From positions 33,046,001 through 33,110,000 of the forward strand of contig NC_043014.1 in assembly GCF_006345805.1 (NCBI RefSeq): DNA of 64,000 bases, written 5' to 3'. The notes under the pieces were generated by a model. It saw only the letters and a list, made by a program, of their open reading frames with translations. It was not told where the DNA came from and searched no databases. Origin of the DNA: Octopus sinensis. Lineage: Eukaryota. Within the stretch, counting starts at the first letter, position 1. Every line of letters starts with the position of its first letter. Positions 37,425 through 51,711 of this stretch are shown here, in pieces. The position numbers and the translations under genes were made by a program.

Positions 37425-37830
37425 GGTGCAGGCATGACTGTGTGGTAAAAAACTTGCTTCCCAACCACATGGTTCCGGGGTCAGTCCCATTGCATGGCAC
37501 CTTAGGAAAATGTCTTCTACTATAGCCTCAGCCCGACCAAAGCCTTGTGAGTGGATTTGGTAGACGGAAACTGAAAGAAGCCCATCGTATATGTGTGTGT
37601 GTGTGTGTGTATATATTTGTGTGTGTGTCTGTGTTTGTCACCCCACCATTGCTTGACAACTGATGTTGGTATATTTATGTCCCCGTAACTTAGTTGTTTG
37701 ACAAAAGAAACCAATAGAATACGTACTAGACTTACAAAGAATAAGTGGAGTCGATTTCTTCGACTAAAGAGCAATGCTCTAGCATGGCTGCAGTCAAATG
37801 ACTGAAACAAGTAAAGGAATAAAAGAATAT
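37425..37830 (+). mobile_element. SINE family A
   Basis: Family A pattern. Confidence 0.88.
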
Positions 37831-37980
37831 ATATGTATGTGTGTGTATATATATATATATATCACCGGTTAAACTGATCATTGTTGCATACATGCATATA
37901 TATGTATGTATACGTCCGTATATGTAAGTATTCGTATGTTGTATGCATATATATGTGCATTTATGTTACTCTCTGCGTAT

Positions 37981-38039
37981 ATTCCACTGATGAGGCAAAG
38001 CATTTCTAAATGCAAAGCCAGAAATCCAGGATCTGGAAT
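37981..38039 (+). ncRNA. Minimal type-I hammerhead ribozyme-like motif
   Basis: ATTCCA-CTGATGA-GGC(AAA GCATT TCTA AATGC AAA)GCC-A-GAAA-TCC A GGA-TC-TGGAAT; one extra A before GAAA. Confidence 0.7.
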
Positions 38040-38089
38040 TATCTAGTAATTTTTATACTAGTTTTATTTTGTTTGTTTTTTTGTCTTCT

Positions 38090-38716
38090 CTCCTTGTGCT
38101 GTATGGGAATTTAATGAGGTTTTAGAGTCAGATCTTGGCCGTTCTTCGTAACTCCGCTACAAGTTCATCAGCATAGAGGAGTTCCCATAAACAAATGATC
38201 TTAAACTCATTTGGTATGGCCTAGAGGACTGTGGTTAATAGGTCATTGATAACCAAGCCCTGATAAATTCCTACCAGCACGCTAAACTCATTATTAATTC
38301 TCACTTTACTGACATCACTGCTGTTCATGGCTTGAACGGCTCTCACAAGCCATTTATCTACATCTAGCTTTCACAGTGACCACCACATCAGGGAGTGAGA
38401 GACCCTGTCAAAGGCTTTCTACAGGTCAATGAATACCTAGTACAGTTCTCATTTACTCTTACTTGTTTCAGTCATGTAACTGTGGCCATGCTGGAGCTCT
38501 GCCTTTAGTTGAGCAAATCGACCTCAGGACTTATTCTTTGTTAGCCTAGTACTTATTCTAACAGTCTCTTTTGCCAAACCGCTAAGTTACGGGGACGTAA
38601 ACACACCGGCATCGGTTGTCAAGCGATGTTGGGGGGACAAACACAGACTCACAAACATATACACACACTTCTTGCGAGTGGATTTGGTAGACGGAAACTG
38701 AAAGAAGCCCGTCATA

Positions 38717-38757
<41 letters not shown>

Positions 38758-39420
38758 TTGTGTGTCAGTCACCTCCCCCCAACATCGCTTGACAACCGAT
38801 GCTGGTGTGTTTGCATCCCCGTAACTTAGCAGTTCGGCAAAAGAGAACAATAGAATAAGTACTAGGCTTACAAGGAATAAGTCCTGGGGTTGATTTGCTC
38901 GACTAAAGGCTGTGCTCCAGCATGGCCACAGTCAAATGACTGAAATAAGTAAAAGAGTAAAGAGTATATATATACACACACATACATATATACGATGGGC
39001 TTCTTTCAGTTTCCGTCTACCAAATTCACTCACAAGGCTTTGGTCGGTCCAAGGCTATAGTAGAAGACACTTGCCCAAGGTGCCACGCAGTGCGGCTGAA
39101 CCATGTGGTTGGTAAGCAAGCTACTTACCACACAGCCACTCCTATGTCTATAGGAGTGTTTACTTTTGGCTAAACACTCCTCATAGGAAGAGAATTCAGT
39201 CCAATATCTCCATTCCTTATTAATTTAGCTATAACTCTTTCGTTAACTTTCATGACCTTGAACAGCAATTTGATATCCCTGTCATTACTTCTTTCTAAAG
39301 TAACTTCTTTAATCTTGCAACAGTTGACTATGATGCTACCACACCAGTTCTTGGGTGTGATAACTTCCTGTACAACTTCAGTAACACAAGAAGTTCCAAG
39401 GCAAAAGTAAAACTTTCTAC
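38090..39420 (-). mobile_element. Old RTE LINE RT domain split by three family A SINE pieces (38452-39145)
   Basis: Minus-strand WCGSIIVNC...VMKVNERVIA (39240-39400) and FIDL*KAFDRV...WELLYADEL (38150-38450, frameshifted). Confidence 0.75.
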
Positions 39421-39797
39421 TTAGTATTTGTCAACCTCAGGAAGCCCTTTTACAGATCTATAGTCTGGTGGTCACTAAGAAAATGGAGTTGAAGAATTGC
39501 ACATAATGGAGGGATGCTGAGTTGGAGAGGACACATCCAAACCATGCAAGCATAGACATAAAAATAATAATTATGTTAAGTACACAAATTTATGTATATA
39601 AACATATCCATACATATATATTCATATGCTGGCAAATCAAGCAAGAGACAACAGTGTTGAGAAGATTCTTTAGTTATGCCAAGAGTAAGACATCCTATAT
39701 AGTGCTGGTGTCATGAAGAATGCATCTCGTACAACCTGTAAGGTGGTTGGTGTTAGCAAGGGTATCCAGCTATAGAAAGCATGCCAAAACAAAGATA

Positions 39798-40205
39798 TTA
39801 ACTTTCTAGCATTTAAATCAGCCACATCCAACCAAAATATTCTGCTTATTTTATGCTCAAACTGACCAGATCTGGCCTCTCACACCAACCCTACAACATC
39901 ATTCATCATCATCATCATCATCATTTAACGTCCATTTTTTCCTGCTGGCATGGGTTGGACAGTTTGATTGAAAACTGGTAATCTCGGGAGCAGCACCAGG
40001 TTCCAATCTGATCTGGCATGGTTTCTACAGCTAGATGCCCTTCCTAACGCCAACCACTCCAAGAGTGTAGTGGGTGTTTTTGTAGGTGTCACTGGTTAAG
40101 GCGCCAGTTACAAAACATCAGCATCAACCACGACTGCAATCTCACTTGGCTTGACAGGTCTTCTCAAGCACAGTATATTGCCAAAGGCCTTGGTCAATTG
40201 TTACT
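39798..40205. mobile_element. piggyBac-like MITE left half followed by a family E repeat (-)
   Basis: CTAGCATTTAAATCAGCC...CCCTACAACATCATTC, then (ATC)n TTTAACGTCC. Confidence 0.7.
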
Positions 40206-40654
40206 GCCTCCGTGATCAAGTCAAATGCTGGAAAAATACCTACACAACATTAGTGTCTCTGGTGAAGCTGAAAATACAGTCAAGTATCCAAGGAAACTAT
40301 CCTCTTCAACTTGTATTCCATAAAGGCCCTTTTTGGAAAAGAATATCATCCCACACTTTCATCTCTTGAGAAGGAAAAGACGATTCTTGGTGCAAAGTCA
40401 ATAAAGATAACACTATTTTGTTCATTCATTTAACATCTGATTATCGTTGCTAGCATGGGTCATTTTACCGTTGAACACCCTTCTTGTCACAAATGCTTTC
40501 CTGTTTTTCAAGTAAAGGAGTTTTCAATCTACTCATCACTGAAAGCTCTGAGCTAATGGATAATTTGTTGACAGGGAAATAGCAATAAATACCATCAACT
40601 TTTCATGCATGCTCAAAATGTAAACATTCTCAGACACTACACACACATCTTTTA

Positions 40655-41040
40655 TCTTTCACTTGTTTCAGTCATTAGACTGCAGCCATGCAGGGGCATG
40701 GCCTCAAAGAACTTTTAGTCAAATGAATTAACCACAGTACTTAATTTTTTTTTTTGCCATACCTGGTACTTATTCTATCAGTCTCTTTTACCAAGCTGCT
40801 AAGTTACAGAGACATAAAGACACCAACACCGGTTGTCAAGCAGTGGTGGGAGACAAATACAGATACACACATATATATTATAGGATTCTTCCAGTTTCCA
40901 TCTATCAAATTCACTCACAAGGATTTGGTCAGCCAGAGGCTATAGTAGAAGACACTTGCTCAGGGTGCCACACAGTGGAACTGAACCTGGTTCTATGTCG
41001 TTAGAAATCAGACTTTTTACCACGCAACCAAGCCTGCATA
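40655..41040 (-). mobile_element. SINE family A (diverged)
   Basis: Family A pattern. Confidence 0.8.
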
Positions 41041-41892
41041 CATATGCACACACAAACACAAATATATAAGCTTTGTACAGTTTCTGTCTACCAAATTCAT
41101 ACACAAGGCATTAGTCAGCCTAAGGCTACAACAGAACATATCTGCTTCAAGTGTTCTGTAACCACATGGTCACAAATCTAACTTCTTAACCATACACCCA
41201 ATGATAATTCATCTAGCACATCTAGCTGCAATATTAATTTTGTATAATACTGACCTTCAATACAGAATTACGCATTTAAATCAACTTATCTAAACAAATA
41301 CACTTGTAAGTAAATTTTTAATCAATTCTAAGCTTCGTATCAACATATAAAAAATTTATGTGAATAATTTTTCAAATTGAAGGCTGCACAGAGTGGTGCA
41401 GTATAAAATTTCAATTTCTCTGGTGTTAAGTGATCAAGAGGCATTTATCTCCAGATAGAATGCTTACAACTGAATTCCTCAGTAACATGAAATTATAATC
41501 CAATTTGCAGAGAATCACTCTAACTGAGAGTGCAGCTACAAGACAAAGAAAAATATATTGGACATACCCTGTTGTTGTGAACAGCTTCATAAGAGAACTA
41601 AAGAAAATATAGGAGTCATTAAAGCCATTCTTTGAAAAGCTAGCTCAGGAGTTATTACATTCATTCTTTGAAAAGCAACCTAAGAAGAAGAACCATAGGC
41701 TGGACCTCCATTTCAAATATAGCATCTTCTGTCCTAATTCATACTGCTGCATCATAACAGAACTAATAATATGCTTGTCATCAATTCTGTTAAGATGCAC
41801 TTCTGTATATTCATGATTAGAATTAACTAAATCATAATAAAATAATGAATTTATTTTAATAATTTTATAATAATATTAGATCTTAGAGAAAG

Positions 41893-42110
41893 GTGTTGAG
41901 CTAGCAGAATTGTTAGCATACCAGGCAAAATGCTTAGCAGTATTTTGTTTGTCTTTACATTTTTAGTTCAAATTCTGCTGAGGTCGACTTCACCGTTCAT
42001 CCTTTTAGGGTCAAAGAAATAAGGAACAGTTGAGTACTGTGGGTGGGTGGGTGTAATCAACTCAATCCCTTCCTTGAAATTGCTAGCCTTCCACCAAAAA
42101 TTTGAAACTA
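41893..42110 (+). mobile_element. SINE family B
   Basis: GCAGAATTGTTAGC, AGTTCAAATTCTGCTGAGGTCGAC. Confidence 0.8.
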
Positions 42111-43499
42111 ATATTAGATCTTAGACAAGTGGTGAAGTTTAAGTATATCAGGGAAGCAGGAGATTGAATTAGATGCTAGAGTTGCAGGATCTAGCACAGT
42201 AATGTGCCAGCCCCAGCTTTCAATCTTCAGAAGAGAAGAAGTTAGTTTAAAAAATCCCAAGTCATTATCTCCAGTTGGTTTGCAAACCTATGGTCCTATT
42301 AGGTAATGACTGAAAGAGCAAAATTATGAATACAAGTGGCCAAATTGGGGGTTCCTCTGAAGAATCTCTACAGTTATGTTATTCAGCAGGTTGTTTAGCT
42401 CACAGATCAGGGACTCCTTTCAGGGTGAGCCCCTACTTCTCCACAAAAAGAGGTCGCAGCTCCAGTATTATGGACATATCACAGAAAAAAATTGCAAAAT
42501 GGATACAAGCTGAGCCAACTCGCAGGGAACCTAGGAGTAGATCAAAATGAGATGGTTGGATAATATCCAGTCTCAGTAATGCTTGAGAATCCAGCTGGAA
42601 AGTATAATGACTATTGCTCATGATATGACCTTATGAAAGTACAGGCATGGCTGTGTGGTTAGGAAGCTTGCTTCCCAGCTACATGGTTTGGGGTTCAGTC
42701 CTACAGTGTGGCAAGTGTCTTCTACTATAGCCTTGGGCCAACTGAAGCTTTGTAATTAAATTTGATAGGCGGATGTTACTGCTGTGTGTGTATATGTGAG
42801 TGTAAGTGCTTGTGCCTCCTAACAGAGAGGGAAGCAATACATGAGGACTTTACTCCCATGATCCTCCCAGGAATAGAGGACAATGAAGATAGATAGATGG
42901 ATGTTTCATAATTTTATCACAACTGTAGATCACAATGTGTAACATTGTACTATGTGAGGTTACCAAAACTTAATAAATGCTTTTGGCAATATTTAGCACC
43001 TTCGTGTTCAGACCATTGTTAAAAATAGCCTATAGGGCTCATATTTCTGTTTATGCTATGTTGTAATGACCACATTTAGCAGTTTCGTTCAGCACTACAT
43101 TTTTAGGAACATATCTGGATGGCTAACCAAAGAATTATTGTGTTATATCATATTATACTATATTACATTATATTTCTATTTTATATATATTTATTATAAA
43201 TTATATATATTTATAAATATTTAGTAATTATATATTATATTTCTATAAATATTTATTTTGTGACTGAGAGAGAGAGTGTGTGTGTGTGTGCCTACACAAT
43301 TTCCCAAAATTCCAAATTAGCTTATGTTATTGGAGTTATGTCTCTTGTTTCCTTTTTTCTTTTCCTCTCTTTAGTTTTAAACACTCTTCAGGGAGTTTTA
43401 TCTTCTAAATGCGAGGATAATCTTAGTTACGAAGTTCTTCAACTCGTTATTTTACTTATATGAGACCTTAAGGTACAGATATAACAACATAATGCAAGT

Positions 43500-43820
43500 G
43501 GACCACCAGCAGTTATTAGCTAAGATTTGGTGATCCACGACGTGTTTCGTGAGATCAAAAAAGTCGGCGATTTTTCTTTACATTAAAGACAGCATTACGA
43601 GCGAAATCAAACTAAAGCGAATTCATATTTGTCTTATTAAACAATGTATAAATTAATTTCTTCGTTTAAAATGCTCTATGTTCTAGAGGCGTTGGATAAA
43701 AGTAAAAGTAAAATATAAATTTTGTGATCCATAAAGTTTTAACTCGTGAAGCTGGGGAATATCTCACCATCTCTGAAAAACGACGTGCATCACTGCTCAA
43801 CCGTATATATTTCAAACTAT

Positions 43821-43867
<47 letters not shown>

Positions 43868-44312
43868 ATATATTATACACACACACACACATATATCTTG
43901 AATTGTTTACAAACGTATATTTTCTGTTTAACGAACTAGAAAATGTACTCAATAACATAGCAGAATGTAATGTGTGTGTGTGTGTGTGTGTATAATGCAT
44001 ATCGTTTAATACATATACATCAGAGTATCAAAGTATATAAAATATATATTGTTTAACCCACACATTTATACATATCGTTCTAAAACACATACATGTGTAT
44101 GTATATATTGTACATTTAATGTTATACAATGTATAAAATATAAGTTTATATATGTGTGTGTGTATCATATTACAATATATAATGTATATTGACAGTTAGA
44201 TAGATAGATATGGTTTAATATATAGTCATGCATATATCATGTTTAACGTATATACATACATTGCATATCGCTTAACACATACACACACATTCATATATAT
44301 ATATATATATAC

Positions 44313-44366
<54 letters not shown>

Positions 44367-45793
44367 CATACATACATAAATATTATATGTATGTATGTAT
44401 GTATGACTAAATGGGGTCGGTTGCGAAAAAAGGAGCAAGAACGTGAGAACGAGACGAAAATAAGAGAGAAAACGGGTTTGATAAAAAGATCCACCCGACA
44501 AACCACTCCACCTTATACCCGTTTTTCCAAAATAAAAAAAAATCATACTAAAATTAATAAATAAATAAAATACATTTCGATTAGGAAGCAAAGGGTCGTT
44601 GCTCTCTCACAAACTAAGCTTAAGCCTAACTCACTAATTAGGTAAGGTATGTAGATAGATAGATAGGTAGTTAGATGTATAGACATAGAGAGAGAGAGGA
44701 TGTAGGAAGAGAGAGAGAGATACACATACAGAGAGAGAGAGTTGTAAATAGATCGAACAAATTGAAATATATATATATCGAAGGCTGAATGGAAGCTACC
44801 TTGTATGTGTAAGCACTGCATAGCTGGAATGAAGAGATGGAGGCGACGATGACGATGGTGGTCAGATACTAGAAACAAACTCACTCTCTATCTCCTCCTT
44901 CTTCTTCTACTACTTCGTGCTACGTCTCAATGTCACTCACTCAGTCGTTCTTCCTTGTTTATCTTTTTCTTTCTTTCTTTCTCTCTCTCTCTCTCTCACT
45001 CGCTCTCCCTCCCCCCTCCCCTCCCCTCCCTCTCGCTCTCTAAACTGCACGCACACACATACACATGTAAATACATACATACAGCTACACTCCACACATG
45101 CGTACATATATGCATGTGTGTGTGTGTTTGTATGTGTATGCGTGTGTTTTTAAATCTATTTGGGTATCTTCTTGATATGTGTGTATGTATTTATATATAT
45201 ATATATATAAATATATATATCTTATATGTTAGTATATGTGTGTGTGTGTGTGCGTGTGTGTATGTATTTGGGTCTATAAGTATATGTGTATCTTCCTGAA
45301 ACACTTTATCACCTGTCACTCACACTATATTTCTCTTTCCTCTCTGTTACCTATTTATTTGTTATTTACTCCTCTCTCACTCTCTACCTCACTCTATTTC
45401 ACTCTTTCTCTCTATCTATCTATCTATCTATCTCTCTTTCTCTCTACCTCTCTCTATTTCTCTCTCTCTCTATTTCTCTATTTCTCTCTCTCTCTATTTC
45501 TCTATTTCCCTCTCTCTCTATTTCTCTATTTCTCTCTCTCTCTCTACCTCTCTCCATTTCTCTATCTAGTCTTATTGCACGCTTCTCTCCCTTTGCAACC
45601 TCTATGCATTTTTTATTGTCGCTTTTAAACTCTTTCCACGCCTCTCTTCTTCTTCCACACGTACACTGTGTGTGTATACACACACATACACATATACATA
45701 CATATATATCTTATATCTTTTACTTTACATTCCTCTTTACACTTCGTTCCCTTTGCACTTCTCTCAAAACATATTCCTGTGTATCTACCTCTG

Positions 45794-45846
<53 letters not shown>

Positions 45847-45865
45847 CACACACACACACACATAT

Positions 45866-45936
<71 letters not shown>

Positions 45937-46330
45937 CACACACCACCATTCTGTCTATCTATAAATTTATCTTCAAGCATTTCACAAACATTATTCTCTC
46001 TATTTTTCCTTCCTCTTTCTCTCTCCATTCTCACTCTTTCTCTCTTCCTCTACTCTCTCTTTCTCCCTCTCATTTCCAAAAACTGGTTTGATTAATAATA
46101 TTTTTTATTAATTATTTCATATCAATATTATATTCATAACATTATAATAACATCTAAGTTCATGTCTTTAAAAAAAAATAAAGTGAGAGAATTTGAAAAA
46201 AGTATCAAAAGGTAAGAGAGAGGCGTCGTATTGATTTCAGAAAGACAACCACGTCGTTCTCTGCGTCACGATGATGACTAGTTTGTTTTAGTTTCTGCTG
46301 CTTCGAATACTGGAGTTAGATTTCTATTGT
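43500..46330. promoter_or_regulatory. CpG-retaining, CT/GA-rich region resembling a promoter/first-exon zone
   Basis: Non-repeat CpG clusters at 43520-43810, 44410-44520, 44840-44950 and 46220-46300, long polypyrimidine tracts, G4 motif at 45007-45030. Confidence 0.4.
45380..45570. repeat. Polypyrimidine minisatellite (about 22-bp TCTCTCTCTCTATTTCTCTATT unit)
   Basis: Seen directly. Confidence 0.85.
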
Positions 46331-46684
46331 GGTTGCTTTCTGACACACATTTATATATATAACTCTCTCTCTCTATCTCTCTCTCTCTCTATCTCTTTCT
46401 CTCTCTCTCTACCTCTCCCCTCCCCCTCTCTCTCTAGCTATTTAGCTAGCTGTGTATCTGTCTGCATACACCCACACGCGTACAGAGACAGATAGATAGA
46501 TAAATGCATATGCATGACACAAACAAGCATGTGTACGGCATCCAGCCGTAGAAACCATGCCAAATCAGACTGGAACCTGGTGCAGCTTACCAGTTTCTGT
46601 CAAACCGTCCAACCCATACCAGCATGGAAAACAGACGTTAAATGATGATGGTTATATATATGCATATGCATGTGTAGTCTTCTG

Positions 46685-47110
46685 CTTGCTTCGGTCATTA
46701 GACTGCGGCCACACTGGGACACCGCCTTGAAGGGTTTAGTCAAACAAATCATTAGACTGCGGCCACACTGGAACACCGCCTTGAAGGGTTTAGTCAAACA
46801 AATCAACGCCACGACTATTTTTTTTTTCTAAGCCTGATACATATTCTGTTGTGTTGGAGTCTGTAGCCAAATCACTGAGTTGCGGGGACATAAACAAACC
46901 GACATAGGTTATCAAGCAGCGTGCAGCCAAACGCAGACATTCACAGACACACATGCAATGGAAATCCACTCTATTTCCATCTACCAAATTCACTCACACG
47001 GTATTGGTCAGCCGGTAGCAATAGAAGAGACTTGCCCGAAGTGCCACGAAGAACGACTAAATACGGAAGCATGTAAAGACGTGGTTGCCAAGAGAACTTC
47101 TTAACGACCA
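46685..47110 (-). mobile_element. SINE family A with internal 54-bp tandem duplication
   Basis: CATTAGACTGCGGCCACACTGG...CAAACAAAT occurs twice at about 46697-46804. Confidence 0.8.
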
Positions 47111-47989
47111 CACACAACCTGCCATTTGAGAGAATACAAAAGCTCTTGTATTAACTTTTCGTTTATTGCTTAATAGTACTATCTTTTATTAAATGCAAAG
47201 AAATTTCGTTGCACTTCTGTGGCCTGATATCTGGCTCAATGTCACTGCAATGTATTATGTCAGTGACCAGATGCGCCAAAAGTTTTTGACGGTTAATAGT
47301 AGACAGAATAGGATGCAAGAGGAAAGATGGTATCGTATGACGATAGGCAGTCGCTTCACTTTGAGGATTGGCCAAAATCTTGTTTAGCTCCCACTCCTGC
47401 ACCTAGCTCACAAATAGCTGCAATGTACGATAGTAACCACATCCCGGTTTCTGGTTTCCATTGACCAGCTAAACTATGTGAGTGAACCCAAGGGCTATGC
47501 TTGAAGGGTAGAAATGTCTATACTTGACATATGAAACTAGGATTACGGCCAAGAGTGCAGAAGAACCAACCATATCAATGGATTTGAAAATGTAACCGTA
47601 TGGTATGTGACATACTGTTAGACAAGGCAAGGTACAGAAGGTGATGTCGGCCAGTCATCGTGAAAAAGGATCAGGTCCCCATCACATACCCCAAAGAAAT
47701 ATCAGATGATCCAAACAGAACTGGCGACTCTCGGCAAACCGACCCTTGGACACAGGCTTGACAGTTAGTTGAGTGACTAGTAGAAAGTTAAAGCGGACGC
47801 GGCATTTTTTGTTTTCTTAAATTTCAAAAATGATTCATCGGCGGTGTAACTGTTTCAGATTCAACAAGGTCATTCAGATCAAGTTATTTGCCAAACAAAT
47901 TCATTTTCTGAAATATATTCCTTCCTTCCGCTCTCTTTCTTTCTATGTATTTATGTATGTATGCATGTATGAGGTGTGTGTGTGTGTGT

Positions 47990-48032
<43 letters not shown>

Positions 48033-48044
48033 CACTCTCATATG

Positions 48045-48731
48045 ATTACAGCCGGTTTGTAACTTTCTGAATAGTGACTGGTGACAATAACTGGGTTCTC
48101 TATAAAAATGTGAACCGCCGAAGACAGTGAGTAGGAAAAGGAGAAACCCCAGCAACGCAGACTAAACAAGGTCTTCACCCACGTAAGGTATTGTTATCTG
48201 TTTTGTGGGATATTAAAGGTTTTGTCCACTTTGAACTTTAAAAACTTTAAAATCCAAACCAAACGATAACAAAGGAGATCTACTGCAAGCAGCTTGAGCG
48301 ACTTGAGTCAGCGCTAGAAGGGAAACGACCATCTTCGGTTTCAAGACGAAAGGTGTTCTTCCTTCAAGATAATGCTTGGCCACATACAACGAGGATGATA
48401 TTCCAATGGCTGGAGCAGTTTGAATGGAAAATGATGCCCCACCTACCATTGCCCCTTCTGATTATCATTTATTCCACAGTCTTCAAAATCATTAGGACGG
48501 AAAAAGTATGAATTCTGTAGACGAGGTCAGAACAGTACTTAAGGAGTATTTTTCATCACGGACAAATGAATTTTGAAAGAGAGGCCTGGCAAGTCTAGCA
48601 GAGAGATGGAAGAGCATTGTAGAAAATGAAAGAGAGTATATTTTAGATTAAAAAAGAACTTTGTTTATCTTAATTTTGAAAGATAAAAAAAGTATAAGTA
48701 AAACCGCATTATTTATGGGATGACCCAATAT
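48045..48731 (+). mobile_element. Mariner 3' half
   Basis: IVTGDNNWVLYKN, LHPRKVLLSVLWDIKG, LQDNAWPH, APSDYHLFHSLQN; right TIR AAAACCGCATTATTTATGGGATGACCCAATA. Confidence 0.88.
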
Positions 48732-48779
48732 ATTCACAAATTGATGAATATACAGAAAGCTATTTCATCAGATATCAAA

Positions 48780-49050
48780 ACCTTGTGAGTAGATTTGGTA
48801 GACGGAAAATGAAAAGAAACCCGTCGTATATAATATATATGTATATATCTCTATGTGTGTGTGTGTCTTTGTGTTTGTCCCCCCATCACCATCGCTTCAC
48901 AATCGGTGTCGGTTCGGGAAAAGAGTGCGATAGAATAAGTACCCAGTTTTAAAAAATAAGTCCTGGGGTCGATTTGTTCAACTAAAACTCATTAAGGCGG
49001 TGACCCAGCATGGTTGCAGTTAACTGACTGAAACAAGAAAAAGAGTAAAA
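48780..49050 (+). mobile_element. SINE family A (5' truncated)
   Basis: Family A pattern. Confidence 0.8.
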
Positions 49051-49148
49051 GGAAACAATTGTATTGTATTGTATAATGCTGAGCATAGATAAAGCATGTA
49101 CGTTTAATTTTCCATGCTGAAATTTGTAATACTACATGAAAAATGTTA

Positions 49149-50283
<1,135 letters not shown>

Positions 50284-50704
50284 CATACATACATGTATGC
50301 ATGCACACGTACATAAAAACCTAAGTTAAATTTCGAATTAAAGAATTGAGGTCTAGAAAGGAGGCATTAAATGTAGTATCCAAACCTTGTTTCAAGGTAA
50401 GCCCCAGGTAGTGTGCCTACAGAGCACGTTCACCACTTATGACTATTGCTACCAGGCGTCATCGGCGTTACTGCGCGTTCGTCACTGGATCTACGTCCGA
50501 AATTCCGAGGTGTGCGTAGGGCATATTTTATATGATTGATACAGAAGACTAAGTGTAACTAGAAGCTTTATTAGCACGGCAATCGTTTTGGCTTCATTCT
50601 ACATTGCTCCCTAGTGAGTGTGGGACGATTTAATGACATCAGACGCAACACACAGAGCAGTAAGCTTTATCAGGCGACGTAATATGCTTCAAAAGTTACC
50701 AAGT

Positions 50705-51711
50705 TTACATTTTCTTTTCGCTCCAAACTATATGCTGGTTGTGAGTTGCTAGCAGTTCAGCAACATACGCATTGTGAACTGACGCGTTGTCTTGGAGGAG
50801 GTCGACTCCTTTGGTCAGCATGCCACGCCTCTCTGCTTTGATGGCGTCCCAAAATTTCAGTAGGAGAGAAGCATAATATGCCCCGTTGATTGTGGTGCTC
50901 TTTGCCAGAAAATCCATCATCTACTATGCACTGGTCCCAAATGACTGTGCATCACCTTGCCTGCTGGGGGTTGTTGGACACAAGCCTTCTTTGGAGGTGG
51001 TAAGTTATCATGCTTCCATTGCTTCGACTGGACTTTAGTCTCAGGATCATAATGATGGACCCATGTTTCATCCTGTGTGGTAAGTCTGCAGAAAATGTCC
51101 TCCTCGTTTTATTGGCACATTGCCAAAAGATCCTGGAAGCAACTGACTCGTTCCTGCTTCTGAAAAGGTGTGAGCATCCGGGGAATCCATCAGACAGACA
51201 ACTTCCGCATGTGCAAATAGTCGGGAATGATTTTTTCCACGGACCCTACACTTATCTTCACTTTTTGAGCTAGTTGCCGAATAGTTATGCGGCGATCCTC
51301 TAAACTGGCGGCTTCCACTTTCAGAATGTTGTCGTCATCAATGGCGGAATGTGGTCGTCCAGGAATAGGAGCAGTTTCCACCGATGTCAGACCACATTTA
51401 AACTAGCAATGCCCGTGCTTGACTACGTCATATGATGGTGCATCGTCACCATAAACTTCCTTTATCTCATCGAAAGTCTCTTTTGATGTACGACCTTTCA
51501 AGTATGAGAACCTGATTACTGATCTGCATTCAACCGCCTCCATTATAACACCTTAGTCCACTTCAGTAGCCGTAAAATACAAACGAATACTAGTGGAAAG
51601 CTGCAATTTACAATGTGACATGTAGAGACATACATGATTATACCTGTACAAGTTCTGTTTCCTGCAATAACCGGAAGTGGGTCAGGAGATATCTTTAATG
51701 AACCCGCCTGT
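50705..51711 (-). mobile_element. Mariner (irritans-like), 3' truncated
   Basis: ATG 51543 MEAVECRSVIRF...APSYDVVK...PGRP, RRITIRQLA, TINGAYYASLL, LLQDNASVH; 5' TIR TA-CAGGCGGGTTCATTAAAGAT. Confidence 0.9.

Noticed and set aside
41500-41620. KYIGHT resembling a GIY-YIG motif
   Set aside because: Only six residues, flanked by stops; could be chance
42250-42620. ORF 42326-42550
   Set aside because: Not a host gene; a neighbouring frame gives ...RWLDNI, typical of a decayed RTE C-terminus, but too degraded to list as a firm feature
47560-47700. Minus-strand GYVMGT*SF...HH resembling mitovirus RdRp motif B
   Set aside because: Contains a stop and no GDD follows (GRN instead); too weak to claim a viral insertion
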